64,000 bases of DNA from Raja brachyura (taxonomy: Eukaryota), in contig OY740809.1 in NCBI GenBank assembly GCA_963514005.1, forward strand, positions 24,428,001 to 24,492,000, written 5' to 3'. Position 1 is the stretch's first letter. Each line of letters opens with the position of its first letter. Positions 62,396 through 64,000 of the stretch are shown one piece after another. The position numbers were made by a program, and so were the translations under genes. A model generated the notes under the pieces. The model was not told where the DNA came from, made no database searches, and saw only the letters and a list, made by a program, of their open reading frames with translations.

Positions 62396-63550
62396 GAAAG
62401 GGTTTTTTTTATCATGTTGATCTTTCAGATATCTTTCAGATATACTACAATTATCTTTTGTGTAATCAATCAATAAAGTTGGTTACTCTGGATTCCCATT
62501 CCTTTAGCATTTAATTTATCTTGCCATTGGGAATTACACACAATACCAGAAGTTTCCAAATGTTTTCCAAATGGAATACATTAAAAATATTTTTTATTAT
62601 GCCATGCAATTTCCCAGAGTTTGCATAGGAATGTCAATCTGATCTTAAACTCACACCTCTAAAATGGAGGTCATTTGTTCTTAAGACGTCCATAAACGAG
62701 CATCTACCTGCAACATTCCTGTTTGGTAGCTTGAAAAGAGTCACTGTGGCGGTTTTCCCATTAAGAATTGCTTTCATGCTTGTACTTAGATACAGAAAAT
62801 TAGATATGGAGACTACATGGTTATAGGAAAGAGTCTCATTTGGAAAGGTTAGAATAACAAAACAATACCAACCTCAGATAGCTTTCGTCACTCTCGTACA
62901 GCAGCTTATTTCTAGTCAGTGTTGGAGCTGATCTGAAAGAATACAGCACATCCCTGATCTTTCCCAAGACTGGTCCTTTCTCCAGAATGTAGGCCAGCAC
63001 GTGGTTCCCAATCAGGAGTACACATTATTCATTCACATATTTTATTTTAAAGTTACAATTCCATTAAAATAGTCATTTTTGTAGCATTTCATGTTAAATT
63101 GTATGGACAATTTTAAAGATGCAAAAATGTTAAAAAATCAATAACATTAAACACAAAAAAATGGATCAAATTATTTTAAATTCTCAATCAGGGATTCATA
63201 GGGTTATGCAGCATGGAAACACAAACTTCAACCCAACTTGTCATTGTCAGCCAAGATGCCTTTCTTTGCTAATCCCATTTTTCCTGCTTTTGGCCTGTAT
63301 CCTTTTCCTAATCATGTGCCTGTCCAAATTTCTAACTGCATACAATGAGCCAGTTTATACTCATTACAATTAAACTGTTTTGATTACAATCAGAGCGATC
63401 AATTAAAAAAATATTGTGATATTCTGACAACACAAAAGCAAACTCCATGATGGAGCAGTTATGGTCAATAAATCTTAAATTCCCTCGCAATACTCTATAC
63501 TAGAAATGCAGATACTGTGAACTCATTGCACTAGACAGAGAGATGCTTTA

Positions 63551-63857
63551 TGGGCCTGTCCCACTTTCCTGAGTCATCAGCCGATTTGAAAGGATCTTAA
63601 AAAAAAATCAAGGTTTTTGTGATCTACGAACTCCTCCTCCCGACTATCCTTTTACTCGTGGACATTTTTGTCATGCTGGAAAAAACGTTCCGACTTACCT
63701 GATGCCCCGCGTACCTAGGTTGGCATAACGAGCCGCTACGATATATCTACGGACTCCTACGGCCTCCTACGGACTCGCTACGGACATTCTCCAAGTTTGA
63801 ATCAAGGGGAAAACTCGGGAAAATCTGTGAGTAACTCGGGAAAGTGGGACAGGCCCT
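63551..63857. mobile_element. PIF/Harbinger-type MITE
   Basis: TIRs GGGCCTGTCCCACTTTCC.GAGT at both ends; TTA TSD at 63548-63550 and 63858-63860; internal (CTACGGACTC)n repeats. Confidence 0.88.
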
Positions 63858-64000
63858 TTAATGTGAACGTGATTAAAATAACTACTTAAAATTTATAAAT
63901 GTCTAAGCAAATCGTTTCAAAACTTGGAGATGCAAATGAGGCAAGACTGTCTCAAATTGTCCGGTACCTGACTGGCGGATGCTATTCTTGTTGCCAGCAC

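Overview
This is vertebrate nuclear DNA. The repeat families (tRNA-derived HE1/V-SINE-like SINEs sharing tails with CR1 LINEs, and Penelope-derived short repeats) point to a cartilaginous fish, probably a skate or ray; that assignment is an inference. The window looks intronic or intergenic and I could not identify a host gene. One CpG-rich candidate exon (2894-3078, minus strand) and one enhancer/promoter-like patch (~54950-55380) remain unexplained. Most long ORFs in the track are fragments of retroelements: CR1, L1, Tx1, Rex1/Babar, Hero (RLE), RTE, Crack and Penelope. There is also a Helitron, several DNA-transposon MITEs and a solo LTR. Highlights: (1) dispersed minimal hammerhead-ribozyme motifs in Penelope-derived repeats, three with intact catalytic cores and some in head-to-head palindromes; (2) a CR1 with an internal inverted duplication, hosting an internally deleted Rex1 and an L1, each with a TSD; (3) a SINE>CR1>solo-LTR nest; (4) a 174-bp TSD-flanked, Vingi-like mini-retroposon. 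Family names come from recalled motifs, not database searches. Boundaries without a stated TSD or TIR are approximate (about +/-10-30 bp). There is an assembly gap at 1437-1619.
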